Positions 1 through 14,339 of a stretch of DNA of 64,000 nt are shown here, piece after piece. Made by a program: the position numbers and the translations under genes. The notes under the pieces were generated by a model that had not been told where the DNA came from, ran no database searches, and was given only the letters and a program-made list of their open reading frames with translations. This DNA comes from Bugula neritina (lineage: Eukaryota > Animalia > Bryozoa), in assembly GCA_964035545.1 (NCBI GenBank), contig OZ037765.1:11790698-11854697 (forward strand), written 5' to 3'. Numbering within the stretch: position 1 is the first letter of the stretch; each line of letters starts with the position of its first letter.

Positions 1-35
1 TTTAATAACGTTTCTGCAAGATTGTAAATGCCAAC

Positions 36-3000
36 CTTTCTGATATGAATGTGATATGATTTGTTCAACATCGTCGGCAAAACCCATATCCAACATCTGA
101 TCCACTTCGTCTAAAACAACATGCTGTAGTTGCCCAGTATTGAGTTTGTTTTTGTTAACCCAGTCTAAAATTCGGCCAGGCGTACCTATTAATATGTCGA
201 TACCATTCCTCAATGCTTGTTCTACAATAAGGAAAATCAATAATAATTTCATTGTATGTAGCAACTATTAAGATGACTGGATTGATACCAAACCTTCATC
301 AGTGAGAATTAATGCAAATATTAGTCAATACTCACAAAAATCATGTTGAAAAGCTGTAATTTGAACTACCTTGAGAGTGAAATGGTACTCCGCCATAGAA
401 AGCATGTATACTAAGCAGTGTTGAGGTAGCAAGAGATTTAAAGTCCTTGCAAACTTGATTGACCAACTCTCTGGTAGGAGCCAAGACTATGACCTGCAGA
501 TAGAATTGTCATATTTAATGTTCATCCGTAACCATGGAAACTTTCAATAAACTAATGTGTGGATAACTTGACAGCTAATGCAAAGCTCCCCAAATGTTGA
601 CAGCAATTTTAAACAACTTTCAAACTCTGTGAGAGAGCATAAACACATAAGAGCCTACATTTTACCCAAACGAACTATTTCACTCATGAAATTTAAATTG
701 TTTTGGAAACAAAGTGGACACTGTCACACTCAAATGAAAACATTGCCTTAAAGAAATTTATTCCAACCTGATAGTTGCATAAAAACAAACCCTTGGAGGA
801 CGACCTCTGTTCTTTTGTGGTAGCTCAGTCTCCAGTTTCTCCACCAGCGGCAAGGCAAACGCTAACTGAAAAATTGAAAAGCATATTTGTACACATGGAA
901 AAGATGTTTCTGTACAATCCTTGGAATAACTACTGTGCAAACATTGAGTTATAGTTATTATATGCGCACATGCAAAATTTGTTTTACTGCCAACATTAGT
1001 GCTGATGAGAAATCAATAATAAAAAAAACAAACTTATTTAAAAGATTAAATATATAACTTCTCATCAAATTTCCCAAATGAATGTTGCTTGTGATGACTG
1101 AATTGACTACACACAGTTATATTAACTATTTTTATTGAACCAGAAAAATCTAGGCATTTAATCTAACATTTATGTTACAACGAACCGTTTTGCCAGTGCC
1201 TGTTCTTGCCTTAGCTATCACATCTTTTCCCTCAAGAACTTTTTGGAATGTTTTCACTTGTACAGGGAACAAGTATTTTATACCTTTAGCTAAAACAGAA
1301 GAGTTTAAAAATACAATTAGTGCATTTTTTATATTTATAACAATAGTACCAAGTGATGGACTAAAAACTTCTGATATACAGCTAGCAACCTAGAAAGGAT
1401 AAAAGCACACCTTGAAGTTTTTCAATAGTTTTGGCACGAATTGGAAAGTTACTGAACTGGCCATCCTTGTGCTCACTGGGTATTTCATCTACCGCCTCTT
1501 TACCATTTTTTACAGATTGGTCTTCAGACTTTTCCGTTTTCTTAACTTTCTTTTTTTTCACAGCTTTATCTGGCGAAACATAGGCCTGCAATATTTGTTA
1601 TATATTTTCAAAACTTTGTTGACCAATGAATATGAACACTAGCACAACAGTAGAAAAGTTGAAGAATGGAAAAAATAGGCAACAAGAATTTAAATAACAT
1701 CTAGAAATTCATCGCTCCAAAGAATATGTGACAATATGCCACAAGACCAGAGATGTGATTGTGAAGTCCAGTAACTTGCTCTTACAATGTGAAGTTTTCT
1801 TGTCAAAAACGTGAGCAATTTAAAAACCATACTATATTTTAGCAACATTTTAAATCTTTTATTCAACTTTAACAATATTAGGTTGATAAACCCAGTTTCA
1901 GATTTTTCGATGATGATTGTGATCAAACACAAGCAGCGTGAGAAAACAACACTAAAAGCACAAACAGTGGAATATCTTGCAACTATAATCTGCTCCAGAC
2001 CAGACTACATGGGTCACACATAAATAGTTTTTTTTTCTAGATTGTATTCAGTTGTACACAAATATTCCATTTTTTTTCTTTTGACCTCCTAAATATTAAT
2101 GAATATTGTTCAAATTAGTTCTAAAATGTTAATATGTTGAGTTTTATCCGCTTTAGAGACTTCAAAAAAGTGCAAAATGCTTGCAGATTTAAAAACTTAT
2201 AAGAAAAATCAACACTCCCATTATGTTGTGTAGCGGTGCGAATTGTTACCATTCTCATTGATAGGAGAAAACACTTCAAGTTGAAATGACCTTTTTATAA
2301 AACATGGGTCTTTTCGCAGAAAGAATCAAAATGTTGGCCGGTAGATTGACAAACCTGTATGTTTTACTATAACCTCATTTCACCAAAGAGCTTTTGACTG
2401 TCATTGTTTAAAAAGAGGACAATTGGCACTCAAAGAAAAAATTATCTACAATGCCGACAAATTTAGCCAAATGCCTCCATAGAATTACCTTTAATTTTTT
2501 ACTTATTTTGCCCCAAAGATTTGCAATTACAAACAAATTGATAAAAATAGGCATGTTACCAACTTTCAACGCTCACAGTTAGTACCCATAGCATATGCAT
2601 CAACTGTAGTCATAGCCTCTAACTAAAGTAGCTCATATGACCTTCAATTAAAGATAAATATTAAACCAGTTAAACTAGATAGATAAGACTAACAAGCCTT
2701 TTGGTAGTTTTAGAGCTATAAATTATGAGCTGCAAATTGCAGATATAAACTCACGAAAACCACAGCACTAACCTGACCATTATCATGAATATTTCCTACA
2801 CTTCTATAAAAATTGAAGAAATATCAATTCAAGATGTGAGAATCAATGTATAACTCATCAAGAGAGAAGTATTAAAAAAGACAACCCCTACTCTTTCTAC
2901 CCATGATTTTTTTAAAAAATTAATCTGTAGAAAATTGCAAGTTTTTTAGAATCTTAATTTGAAACTGACCAAAGCTATTGCTTTAATTATAGTTTTTTAA

Positions 3001-3898
3001 ACAATAGAAACTGAGAGCAAGCAGAGTGTGAATACATGCATGTTTCTTATTTACCTTTGTCAAACTGTCCTCAATTCCATTATCACTCAGTGTAAGGCTA
3101 ACAGATCTAGTCCTTGGTTTCTTTAATGCTTCCTGAACCACATCGGCGTTTACCTTCTTCTCTCCTTTAGCTTTCTTGCTCTAAAACCAAGAAACTTACC
3201 TATATGCTCACAAGACCCTTTTAATCAGATGACATAAAGCTGACAACTCCAACACAATTTGACCAAGTGGTGCTAATATGATCAGATATCAAGCAGTACA
3301 GCTCAATAATTTCATTGCCACTAATAACAAGTTGCACATATAAGCCTGCTGAGTGCAATACAAAATACTAAATTCAGTACAAAGATTCATTAAGTTGCCC
3401 TTCATCATTTGCAAGCAACACTTGATGTATTTGGGAAAACAATTCCCAAAGTTGTTGAAAAAAATACTATTCAGATAAATGGCGACCAGCACAGAATATT
3501 GGTTTGTATTCAAAAATATTAAATCACAATCTTAGATGATGGAATTGAAAAAATAGAGGATAGTGAGTTTAGATATAAGCCAATGTATCCTTGGTAGCGG
3601 ATGAAAGTGTTGTAATTGGCACTCCAACAGATTTTGAAATCTAGTGCAAGAAAGCAATCGCATAATTGTAATAATAAGCAACTGTAACATAAATTTTACA
3701 TAAATATATTATTTTCGTACTGCTATTTTCTAAAAAGCAATTAGAAAAATTATCTAATAGCAAAGCAAAAAATAAAGTGATGAGCCTACAGTTAGAAGAT
3801 ATAAAAGCAAAACCAGAAAGTTGAGATGGTACCTTAGGTGTTTTAACCTTCACATCTTGCTTGCTTTCCTCAGTATAATCAGCAACAGGAAGCTTCAT
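36..3898 (-). CDS. DDX21: Nucleolar DEAD-box RNA helicase DDX21/DDX50 family, N-terminal part (3' end outside window)
   Basis: Approximate exons 3898-3832, 3181-3055, 1587-1411, 1289-1186, 866-791, 494-370, 221-36 with GT-AG ends. Lys-rich N-terminus, Q motif (LFPVQ), motif I (ARTGTGKT), Ia (LAPTREL), Ib (GTPGRI) and motif II as DEVD ([13 protein letters not shown]), the variant typical of DDX21/50. Confidence 0.9.
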
Positions 3899-4899
3899 TT
3901 TTCAACAAATTGTTAAATCTGAATAAATGAAAGGTTACATGATTTTAATGCCTGCCAGTAGCTCAGATATGGACAACAAATGTAAGATTTTGTAGCTCAA
4001 ATAATGTAAACAATTGACTTCAAACTTAAACAAGCTAATACAGATACATCAGTAAAAGCTGCGTTTACAATAGGACAATTCAAAGTTTAAATCAGAATAA
4101 ATGTGATACATTTCAAGTTTGCTAGCCCACCAGATCCAATGCCACTGCATCGGTTTTTATTAATTATTGAGCTTTTGTTGATACCTCCTCCTACCAACTT
4201 TAAACTGACTTAAACTCAATAAAGTCTTACAGTTACCATCACAATAAAAATATACCCCTGATAAAATGTATTAAATAAGCATTGAAATTGTATTTATTTG
4301 GTATTATTTGCAGTAGTATACCTATATATAGTATATACCTATCACTGTTTTATGGGTTTAGCTCTAGTGATAATGAACTAAAAAAAGCAATACATTAATA
4401 ATAGACATTATCTTTAATGAATAGTTATTAATAAATATTCTTTTTAACAAGAAGTATAGAAATGCAAAATTAATAAGTTAATGCAAATCAAAGGAATTTG
4501 TTTCAAGATTAAAGGAAATCTAATAATCCAAAGTTATCTAAATATACATATATTTCCATAATATTTAAATAAATTTGACTTAAACTTGAAATACATATAT
4601 TGTACCAAAATAAATAAACAGCATTTAACAGCAACTGGGAAGCATCTATCTGAAATGACACCATAATTTTCATACAACTGCTAAAAATACTAATTTTTTG
4701 CTAATAAATTGAGACTTGACCATAAAATTTTCAACCAATAATAGTTATATAGCTTATTAGCACCTCAGTTAAAAAGAAATATTATAGTTATACTTCATAT
4801 TTATTTTAAAGTTTAAAATAAGGCCATTGCCCATTGGTGATCAGTCATACTCGTAACTTTTGAGCATTTGTTAGTGTTTTCCAGTAGATGACACTAATT

Positions 4900-5940
4900 A
4901 CTAATAGTAATACACTAATACTATTAGTAATACTCACTTTACTGAGTCTAATACAGTAAATGTAATGAGTAAATGTAATAGTTATAGTCATAAACTTCAA
5001 ATTAATGTTATAGGCTACTTTTATTGTTGTGCCTTGGTTAATCGTAAAGGTGCAGATGATTTTGTAAACATGTTTTATATTAATAGAATACCATCAATAT
5101 AAAACATTGATCAAAATAAAACCAAAAATAATGGCGGGTTCAATAACCGTATAAAAATAATTTGTTAACGCATTTATCAGAATAATTAATAGATAATACT
5201 AATAGTAGTACCTACTAATAGTATTACTAATAGATTAATATAAAACATTCACATTGATCAATATGAATAGGTGACACGCAAAGTGTGAAAATACATGCTC
5301 ATGCTGGGATGGAATAAATGAGTAAACTAGTATCATTCAACTTTCAAGTGGTTATCCAGTAGATTAACTTATTAATTATTATTCATTTTGTGTACGAAAT
5401 GGACAGCAGTTTTAGAGTCTGTGTACGAAACGACAGTACCCCAATCAATATCATAATATTTATCATCATGTTTATGTTATATTTATAACAATTAACTTAT
5501 AGTTATAACTAACTAATACTTTAAGTTTAACTTTAAATATATAATCATTAATAAATAAATATTATTATTAGTAAAACTATAACTAGAAGTATAATCACTA
5601 TAAGTATTACTATTAATATTATGATCATTGTTAATGTTATACCAATACTAATAGTAATACTAATACTAATAGTAATAATAATATATAAATATTTATGTAA
5701 GTGTAATTGACTAAGCTAATCCAAACTGTGATTGTAAATTAGGATGACGATGAGAATGTATCTTAATCATAACCTGTTTATCATTCAGTTTCACCGTTGC
5801 CTTTGGACTTGGTTAACCATTGGCATCAATTATCATTATCATTATGATATTGATTAACTTTAACTTTAAGATTATCAATATGAATATCAATATGGTTAAA
5901 ACAGATAACTTATAAGTTATAAGCCTAAAGTTGATAAATC
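4900..5940. repeat. Degenerate 6-bp-periodic AT-rich tract (inferred DDX21 first intron)
   Basis: Runs such as ctaatagtaatactaatactaatagtaat (about 5648-5677), directly downstream on the minus strand of a donor-like CAG/GTATTT near 5985. Confidence 0.65.
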
Positions 5941-5985
5941 AAGCGTTGAAAATTTTTTCACAAATAAGAGTTAAATTTATAAATA

Positions 5986-6920
5986 CCTGTGCGTATGGTT
6001 TACAATGACAATTATTAAAACTTTGAGTTTGGGTCAGCGGTAGGTAGCAATGCTTGTTCAACAACAAACGTGGTAAGGTTTTCTGAGACTGATGCACGTG
6101 TGTATCAGCAGGATATGACGATTTTGATAATCCAAGGAAAGACAACTCGGAATACAAAGGTTATAGCTTTTGGCACAGAAACATAAGATTGATGGTAATA
6201 ACCAGCGTGATCTTTAACCCTTTAGTAATAACCAATGAACTGGAAAAAAACGTTGTTATTTTTAGTTCAGTGGAAATAACCATTGAACTATAACTTAAAT
6301 AGTATTGATAATAATGCTATTAATGAGGTAGCCAGTGAGGTGGACCTGCATCAAATTACTTGTGTGTCATGTTTTACATAACATAAATGTCAAGTAAATA
6401 TGCTTGCTGCTCAATGTTGGTCAAAACATAAAATTATTCTCTAGATTGGTTGTTATTGTGGGAATCTGGTTCTGTTGTGATTGAAGTAGCGACTTCATAG
6501 ATGTTCGTATAGATGAAAAGCTTTGTTATAGCTGAGATCTGAATGTGCATAATTCTAGACTTTTAGTGAAAACCTGATAACTTGGGGCAATTTTACAGTT
6601 ATCACTGCTCATATATCCAATTACTATTTAAAAAACTTACACAACAATAATAAGCGATAATAATAACATTGTTGCGTAAAGTAACGACCAAAATTCTGTA
6701 GGTAAACATTATATTTATCATTTTATGCAAAGCTGTGGTGAAGACAAAACTGAGTTGTCCTCGCTATTCAACAAACGCCGAAAACAGAGACAAAACGAAC
6801 TTTAACTTGAGAAAAAGTTAGAATTTAGATTGTTATAGTTACATTATAGACTTCCGGTTGGCGTTATTTCTCTATAATCATCTAGTTCTACTAGCACAGA
6901 CCCAGAGGGTTTATCTAATC
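5986..6920. promoter_or_regulatory. Inferred divergent promoter region for DDX21 and the MARVEL gene
   Basis: Lies between outward-facing donor-like sites (about 5985 minus, about 6921 plus). Contains an E-box CACGTG near 6095 and an ETS-type ACTTCCGG at 6850-6857. Confidence 0.45.
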
Positions 6921-6929
6921 GTATGAGTA

Positions 6930-7350
6930 CGTATCATCATCATTAAGATTGTCACTATGACTATCGTTCTTATCATAATCGTAATCAAACTCTATAGTTG
7001 TAATTCTAGGCAACTTGAATAATGAAGAAATAACCATAATGATAATGATAACCATAAATGATAATGTAATACTAATAGTAATAGTAATACTAATAGTAAT
7101 ACAAATTGAATAAAATTAATTCTATTTATAACAATAAAATAATTAAATTGAAGTTCAAATTCAAGTTGAAGTAAATGTTTATATTGATATAAAATAAATT
7201 TAACTAAAAGAATGTAAATATTTTAGTTCATTACAATATTGCCATGTTAATGATGTTATAAATATATATCTAAAAAGAATCTACAGTGGATGCAATTGCA
7301 ATTAGTATTACTATTACTATTACTTATTAGTATTGGTATATTACTATTAG
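6930..7350. repeat. Degenerate 6-bp-periodic AT-rich tract (inferred MARVEL first intron)
   Basis: gtaatactaatagtaatagtaatactaatagtaatac (about 7066-7102) and ttagtattactattactattac (about 7302-7323). Confidence 0.65.
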
Positions 7351-7879
7351 TAGACTTTATTTTATGGCCAAGTTACACTCACTGTGGTTGTCATTGACCC
7401 TTTCTCATTGCAAGTGGTATTTTTTGGTTAGTCTCAGTATGAGCAATAATAGTTTTAGACAGCTAGGAATTATTGCAAATTATATTGTAGGTGCCATTTT
7501 TTCTTACTAGTTTGATCTTGAAAATTTCCAAACACTGTTGATTAGTAATTGTAGCATTATAAATACCTATGCTACTACTATTAGCTATGACTCTTAAGGC
7601 TGAACTTTTCAAATAGCTATTTTGCTACTAACCAAGACTTTGACTTAGTTTACAGCATCACCACTAGACTCACAATATGTACTGATAGTAACAGAATAAG
7701 CTGGGTTGAGGCCAAAGCATGTTAATTAGCAGTACTTACTTGAGTCAATCTTGATAGAATATAGAATCTAAAGTAAAAGTCTAGTAGTTTAATCTAAATA
7801 GACACCTCAGTGCAAGTCCCAGTAAAGTCAACTGCTGATTTGAGCAATTAATGTCATATAATCTTTTAATAGGAGCAAT

Positions 7880-8062
7880 AATAGTAATAGTGGTAGCAAT
7901 TGTAGTGGTAGTAGTAGTGGCAGTAGTAGTAGTAGTAGTAGCAACAGTAGTAGTAGTGGTGGTGGTAGCAGTAGCAGCAGCAGCAGTAGCAGTAGTAGTA
8001 GTAGTAGTAGTAGCAACAGTAGTAGTAGTGGTGGTGGTAGCAGTAGCAGCAGCAGCAGTAGT
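7880..8062. repeat. Compound (GTA/GTG/GCA)n trinucleotide microsatellite with an internal duplication of about 70 bp
   Basis: Directly visible. The block gtagcaacagtagtagtagtggtggtggtagcagtagcagcagcagcagtag occurs twice and produces the spurious poly-V/T/L ORFs. Confidence 0.95.
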
Positions 8063-8972
8063 ATTATACATTAAACTTGTAGCTAAAATTTAAACTGTAA
8101 GGTTGCTAAATTTATTTTTACCAAGACAATATTTTAGAAATCCAATACTTAGTAAATAAGAAGCTTCTCGCTATCTTTATTATATTGTATGTTTTACATG
8201 AAACAGCATCACAGGTAACTAGCATGATATTTGATTCTTGAGAAAATAATTAATAGTATAGCAAGTGTGTGTTATAGCAAGTATACCACTATGGTTTTAT
8301 CTGAGTATATACTAATCTCAGTAATTGACGTTATTTTGAGTAAGATTCTAAACTTGGACTTTATTTAGTCTATTTTAAAAAATGAACACACATGCAGCAC
8401 AACTAAAGCTGTTCATGTATTTTGTCTAAACTTCTGAGTGATTCCAACTGCTGACCTAGGACTCTTGTTGAATCTACATATATCAATAGCATTAGCACTT
8501 TTGACTTGTTTTGAAATCTTGCTGGCCAGTGCAAATTATTTTAAGTCATTTTCCAATTTGATTTTCTTTACTTATTTTCTTGTTTATCCATTATTATTTT
8601 TAACTTAGTTATTCATAGGTCAGATTTCATTTATAAAGACTTTAGTCTAAGGGATTCCCTACTCGTAGGGGTAACTGTAGGCCCTAAGCTTTGCTCTATT
8701 TTATCCATAAAATGTAATGCAGGAAGCAAAATGTTATATTTTCGTAGGCTTAGGTAAACTCTGGTAGTAATATATTGGTCACCTTTCACCGCCGTGGTCC
8801 TGGTAGTAATATATTATACAGTTCTATTCTAACTATAGTAAAACATTATTATACATGGATAAATATTTTTGTAACATATTGATGTGTATTTAATTAAAAT
8901 TGGTTTGATTTAATTTATAAATATATAATATTTAGATGGACTGCATATGAAAACAACTCAAAAGGCATAACC

Positions 8973-10841
8973 ATGACTTCAAAGTCTAAGAAGTCATCCT
9001 CTCCCCATATGTACTCTCTACATGGAAGTATTCAGTTACTGGAAGTTGTAAGTTTAAAGGCAGCCATATACCACACCTGCAATTTAAGTAGTCAGTATAA
9101 ATTAAAACAAATCTGTTACATGACATTATGTCCAATTTGCAAAGTTTCATCACCAAAGATAATTGAAAAGAAAATTTAAGAGTTATGGTTCAACCTCACA
9201 GCCTCAAGTATTGTGCAAGGTTTAAGCATTTAATAGTAATAGTAATAGAAAATAGTATTTTCTGAAAATCTAAAATGGGAATAAATTAAAGGCTTTATTC
9301 GGTACTACCTGTTGAATTTATATCACAAGTTTTCTGTTTTTAATCTCTAATTGTTACATTTAAGTAACTTAAAAGTCACATCAAGCAACCCCTGTAATTT
9401 ATCTTATATAGCATGATAAGACTTTCCTTATTGGTCTAAAACCCAAGTTTCAGTCATTTCCATAAATATGCTTTCATTGCATTTGTCTACCAAGTTATAC
9501 CCAATTATAAAATAGCAACGTTTTTTATTGTAGATAGGTTGTCTGGCTGGTTTCACATGTAGTCTACTCAACATGAAGTGGCTATCAGTTGGAGGAGGGG
9601 GCTATGTTTGCTTTGTTCTTCTCTCCTGCTTTATATTTAGTTTTACCATGTTTTTAGCTCATTCAGTATTTGAGGTGGCAGGGCAACCTGAATGGAAAAA
9701 GGCTGTAAGTTATACACTTATATATTACTTATCAAAAAGTAATATATGCAAGTCCAAAATGTCACATTGTTAGACTGTGGTTACAAATAATCATCTCACC
9801 GTTTATACTTCTTCCAGCAGATTGGCTGTTTATTCTACTAATGTATTAGCTGTATATGAAGTCATTAAAAGTGCTGAAAACACTAATGGTTTGAAAAGGC
9901 ATGCTCAAGGTTTAATATTAGCTAGAAGCAAAGTTCATATATACCAATCATTTCTCAGATAACAAAACTTCAGCTATTATAGATGGCAATTATTGGCATG
10001 AACAAACCCTTTAACGTTCATGATTGTACTTTTTTTTGTTAACAGCGCTATTTTTTATTCTCAGGAATGGATAGGCTACATATGTGGTGTAGTGGTGTTG
10101 CTGCCAGCTTTAATTGTTACCTTCAGAGCAACAACACTGCAATACCTACAGGAAAGTGATGATGGGAGAATGATTCTTTTACAGAATTCTCATATTATAG
10201 CCACAGGCGTAAGTAATCTACACAGTTACATACATAAAGCACTTTCTACCTAACTAGATTACATTATCTAAAATGACACTAGACTCAGAATTTTAAAGTC
10301 ATTAAAACTTTGTGAAATAGTGAAATGGTTAGTTTGGCTAAAAACTGTTTAGATGTGTTGTAACTAAAAGTAATATAATATGTATTTTGAGTTGTGTTCA
10401 TCTAGCGAGCAATAAAACTATGACTTTGTTTAGCCATGAAAATATTTAATGTTGAATTAGCAAAGCACTATTGTGTCAGAACATTGCAGTAATTCTGTTT
10501 TTGTCATGCTTTTTTATTATTTGCTATGATTAAATTCTGAGTCATGTATATAAGCAAAATCAATCCATCTATTTTTAATTACAAAGTTTAGCAAGGCAAT
10601 ACTATTCACTATATACATGTTGGCTTTCCAGAGCAAGTTTGAAATTTTAATAGCTTTCTCAGTATCTCTGTACGAGTAAGGGTACATGTGAGCTCTTTCT
10701 TATTAATTTTAAATTTGTGCTGAATTTCTTCTATTGTAGATTTTCACTGTATTGGTTTCGGTAGCTTATTCCTTTCATGCTATTCGCCTCAGTTTATTTA
10801 ATGTAAAGCAGAAGAAATCCAACGGAACTGCTGATAATTAA
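8973..10841 (+). CDS. MARVEL-domain four-TM membrane protein (CMTM/plasmolipin-like), 163 aa
   Basis: Four phase-0 exons 8973-9047, 9534-9704, 10065-10208, 10740-10841, all GT-AG and in frame. YSLHGSIQLLEVIGCLAGFTC ... GGYVCFV ... WKKAEW ... ATGIFTVLVSVAY fits the MARVEL TM1-TM4 pattern. Confidence 0.75.
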
Positions 10842-11134
10842 TTTCGATCTGAATATTTTATATTTTACAAGTACAAGTTCTATAAGCTCTATATTTTATT
10901 AAACATAAAACCCAATATTTTTAAAAACAATGGTGTATTCAACAATACTCGCAATAAAATAGTATTACAAATATTTTACTAACACTTGATATATTTTCCT
11001 AGTAACTTCCAATCTAACCAAATTGCTGTTAATATATTAGAGATATGTTTATTCTACTATGATGTTATGGTGTTGTTCATGGTGATGCCACTTAGAACTC
11101 TGGTGCTGCTGTTGTATTTTATATGAATAATAAA

Positions 11135-13164
11135 CTAATCATCTAGCAATAATACGATGTCCACTTGATCATGGACACCCTGAAGTAGTAGCTCTCCTTG
11201 ATAGGTCACAATCTTGCGCTTCTTAGCAGCTTTGAGAGTGCCCACTAAAGCTTCAAACAAATTAGCACATCTATCATCAGCAAACAAAACTCCAAACTTG
11301 ACCGTATATTTCCCTTCAGAATCTACAACAGCAGCAATGTCACCCGGTATTTTCATCAACCAAAAATTTCACAACATGAACATTCAAAAGCTATCTCTTC
11401 TAAGCTGATGGAATATCTTGGAAAAACTTGCTCTTCAGCTACTTATACTTCAGTTGAACAGTTCTTTTAAGCGATATGCTATTTGCTACTATGCTGATAG
11501 GCATGAATTCACAAGATGAGAGCAGCAGTTGACCAATATATATAAAACCGCAGTCTAAATAATGTGGATCTGTAAAGGTATACCAGACATCCAAAACCTG
11601 CAATTAATGTTGCACTCATCAATAATAACAGTCTTTTGAAGAGATGATGCTTCATCTTGCAGTTACTTAGATACTAAGATATGTATATAAGTTAATTCAG
11701 TTCGATATATTATCTTATTTATGTGCCTATTTTTACGAACTTCACATCAGTTCCCTTGCTTTTTATGACAAGGTCTATAGTAAGAGGTAGCAAAGTAATA
11801 AGCTAAAATCAGCTAAAGCACCTCTATTTGAAATTTAAAGGTGTAGCAATAAATTTTATCAGAAAAATTGTAGGGAAATCTTAATTACCCAAAACATATC
11901 TTAATCACATTATGGGGCAGAGGTGGTCTAGGGGGTTAAAGCTTTAAAACTCCAGTAAAGGCCATTGGTGATGTTAGGAAGAGCACCCAGTCATAATTAC
12001 TCCTGTGCTACATATGAATAAGTCATGCGCCCTCTGTAAAAAACCTTTTCATCAGGGGCTCTCACAGCATCAGTGACTATAAACTTGGGTGAGTTTATAT
12101 TTGAGTCACAGCATGCCATTTTCTAACAGCATGATGAGCATTCTACCTGCTGTACCTATGACAAACCCTAAAAAGGCTAGAAAATATTTGATACAAGATA
12201 CCAAACTTAAAAAATACATGCATATATCTAACTTAAAATCATGTATTCACATGATGATATTCTCTAAGTTGGTATGAAAGTATTTATATGCTAGTAAAAA
12301 ATATGGGACTGAGTTGAAAGATGAAATTTTCAACTAGTAATAATTACAATACCAAAATAAATATCCGGGATTTATTCAACGAACACCAAAAATTGACAAT
12401 TTATTAATATTAAAGACTTCACAACACCCTTCACTTGCATGCTATCATAAACACCTCTATTTCAACCTTGTTTCAGTGAATCTATGTATTTTGCGTCTAT
12501 TTTTTGCTGTTCCTCATATTGTGATTAGAATAAGATAGTTCTGCTGCAGTCATACATTTTGAGCACACAATACATAGCCCTTGTGTTACTACCATTATCC
12601 AACCTTACCATTTATTTTTATTCCTCTTTTGTTAGTTAATGAAAAACATATTATGAAACATTATATAAAGAGTGTTGCAGTGGCATGTTGCCATTTATAC
12701 ATATAGTTATGGCCTACTGTGTCATGTAGTTGTAGAAGCTGTAAAGTTAATTATAGTAAAATGTGGATAAGCCCAAGGTGACTAGAAATAGATGGGCTCA
12801 CTTAGGATTCGAATTACTGGCAAGTAAAACCTATCTAAATTATACCACCTCAATAATGATCTAGTAGCAGGCAGATTGACTAATGCATTTACAGAAACTA
12901 AACAATAACTTCATGTACATAAAAATAAATCAAAACTTGAATTAGTGACATAGTTGATTGCGTTGATTTGTCTTCATATTCATACTACCAACAGTACTAA
13001 AAGTAAAGTATGATGATGAAGTTGGTAATGCTGGCGATAATTAATTTTAATAACAGTTACTATTTTATTCATAGTAACTTTGTTAACTATGATGGCAACT
13101 TACTTGGTGTGCCTAATCGCCGAATTTCTTCTTTTAATAAAGATATTTCATGGTCTACATTCAT
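11135..13164 (-). CDS. ABRACL: Costars family protein ABRACL
   Basis: Exons 13164-13104 (MNVDHEISLLKEEIRRLGTP, phase 1) and 11322-11135 (NSEGKYTVKFGVLFADDRCANLFEALVGTLKAAKKRKIVTYQGELLLQGVHDQVDIVLLLDD). Closely matches the known ABRACL sequence. Confidence 0.96.
11913..12095 (+). mobile_element. tRNA-derived SINE (copy 1, in ABRACL intron)
   Basis: A-box-like TGGTCTAGGGG head; colinear with copies at 58450-58632 and about 38670-38790. Confidence 0.75.
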
Positions 13165-13649
13165 AGCTTCTTTTGTTCTTTTAGTTTATACAAATAAAAA
13201 CAACAACTTTCTATTTCTGATACACATTGACAGTGAATTTGAAAGTTGTTTATTTTCAATTTTTTCTAGCCTTTTAACTTCTATTTTAAATTATCCAATA
13301 CGATGAATAATTATTTATTGCCATAAATATAATTATGAATTTTAAAAAGGTTTAAATCTAAACCACCTAACTTAATTTGTTTTAGTCACCAGCCTTAAGC
13401 CTAAAACTAATCTAGTGGGTGCATTAAAAGAAGTTACTGTTAGACACAAGTCTTTTCACTTATTATTATAAAACTACAATTTTGAAAGCAGTAAAACAGT
13501 TCAGTAAAACAAAACTTGTATAGAATTTTAGCAAATAATTCTAACAACTTAAATTTGATAGGGATACTGCAAGACACTAATACTGTAATATTACTAGTAT
13601 CAATTACAAATATTCCATTCATATTCCCACTGATATTAATTTTATTATT

Positions 13650-14200
13650 TATAACGTAAATGATTCAGCATGCTAATTTTATATAAATTCAAAATTATGT
13701 ACCATGCAATCAAAATTCTCATAATGATAATTATAATAATGATAATGAAAATTCGGATGCCAAGCCCAATCACTATCAGACTGAATCACAATGGCTAAGT
13801 TTAAAGTTGATGGGCCAATGCCCCATGGTCACTATCATGATGAGGCTCAAACTTAAACTGAAAATCAAAATGATTGAGTATGTTAAAAGTAATCAGTACA
13901 TGAGCAATGTTAGTGTTACAGTTTGAGTTAAATAATAATGATAATGTGATACTCATACTCATAGTCATAGTGATAGTCATTGTTATTGTTAAACTCAAAG
14001 TTAAGTTAAAGTTGAAATAGTGATACTAATACTCATATCGATACTGATAGTAATACATTACTATTAGTATTACTATTACTCATAGAGTCATACAGATACA
14101 GTATGAGTCAGAGTGATAGTGATAATGACACTCTTACTCAAATTCATATTGATATTGAGATTGGTGTATTATATTTATTGAATTTTAACTTAATAACGAG
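13650..14200. repeat. Degenerate 6-bp-periodic AT-rich tract 5' of the ABRACL start codon
   Basis: gatactcatactcatagtcatagtgatagtcat (about 13948-13980) and ttactattagtattactattactcatag (about 14058-14085). Confidence 0.65.
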
Positions 14201-14339
14201 TTCAACTAGAACTGATTTTTATACTATTTGTTTAAAAATTATCATTAAAATAGACATAGCAATTCTCAAAATGATGGTAAATCACAAAATCATAAAATTG
14301 CGACAAAATAATGTTAAATTTATCATCATTGCACTCGGT

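Noticed and set aside
3282-3408. Possible C/D snoRNA in a DDX21 intron (minus-strand ATGATGA...CTGA)
   Set aside because: No terminal stem or recognisable rRNA guide; such motifs are expected by chance in AT-rich DNA.
7781-8093. Poly-Thr, poly-Leu and poly-Val ORFs
   Set aside because: Translations of a trinucleotide microsatellite in an intron.
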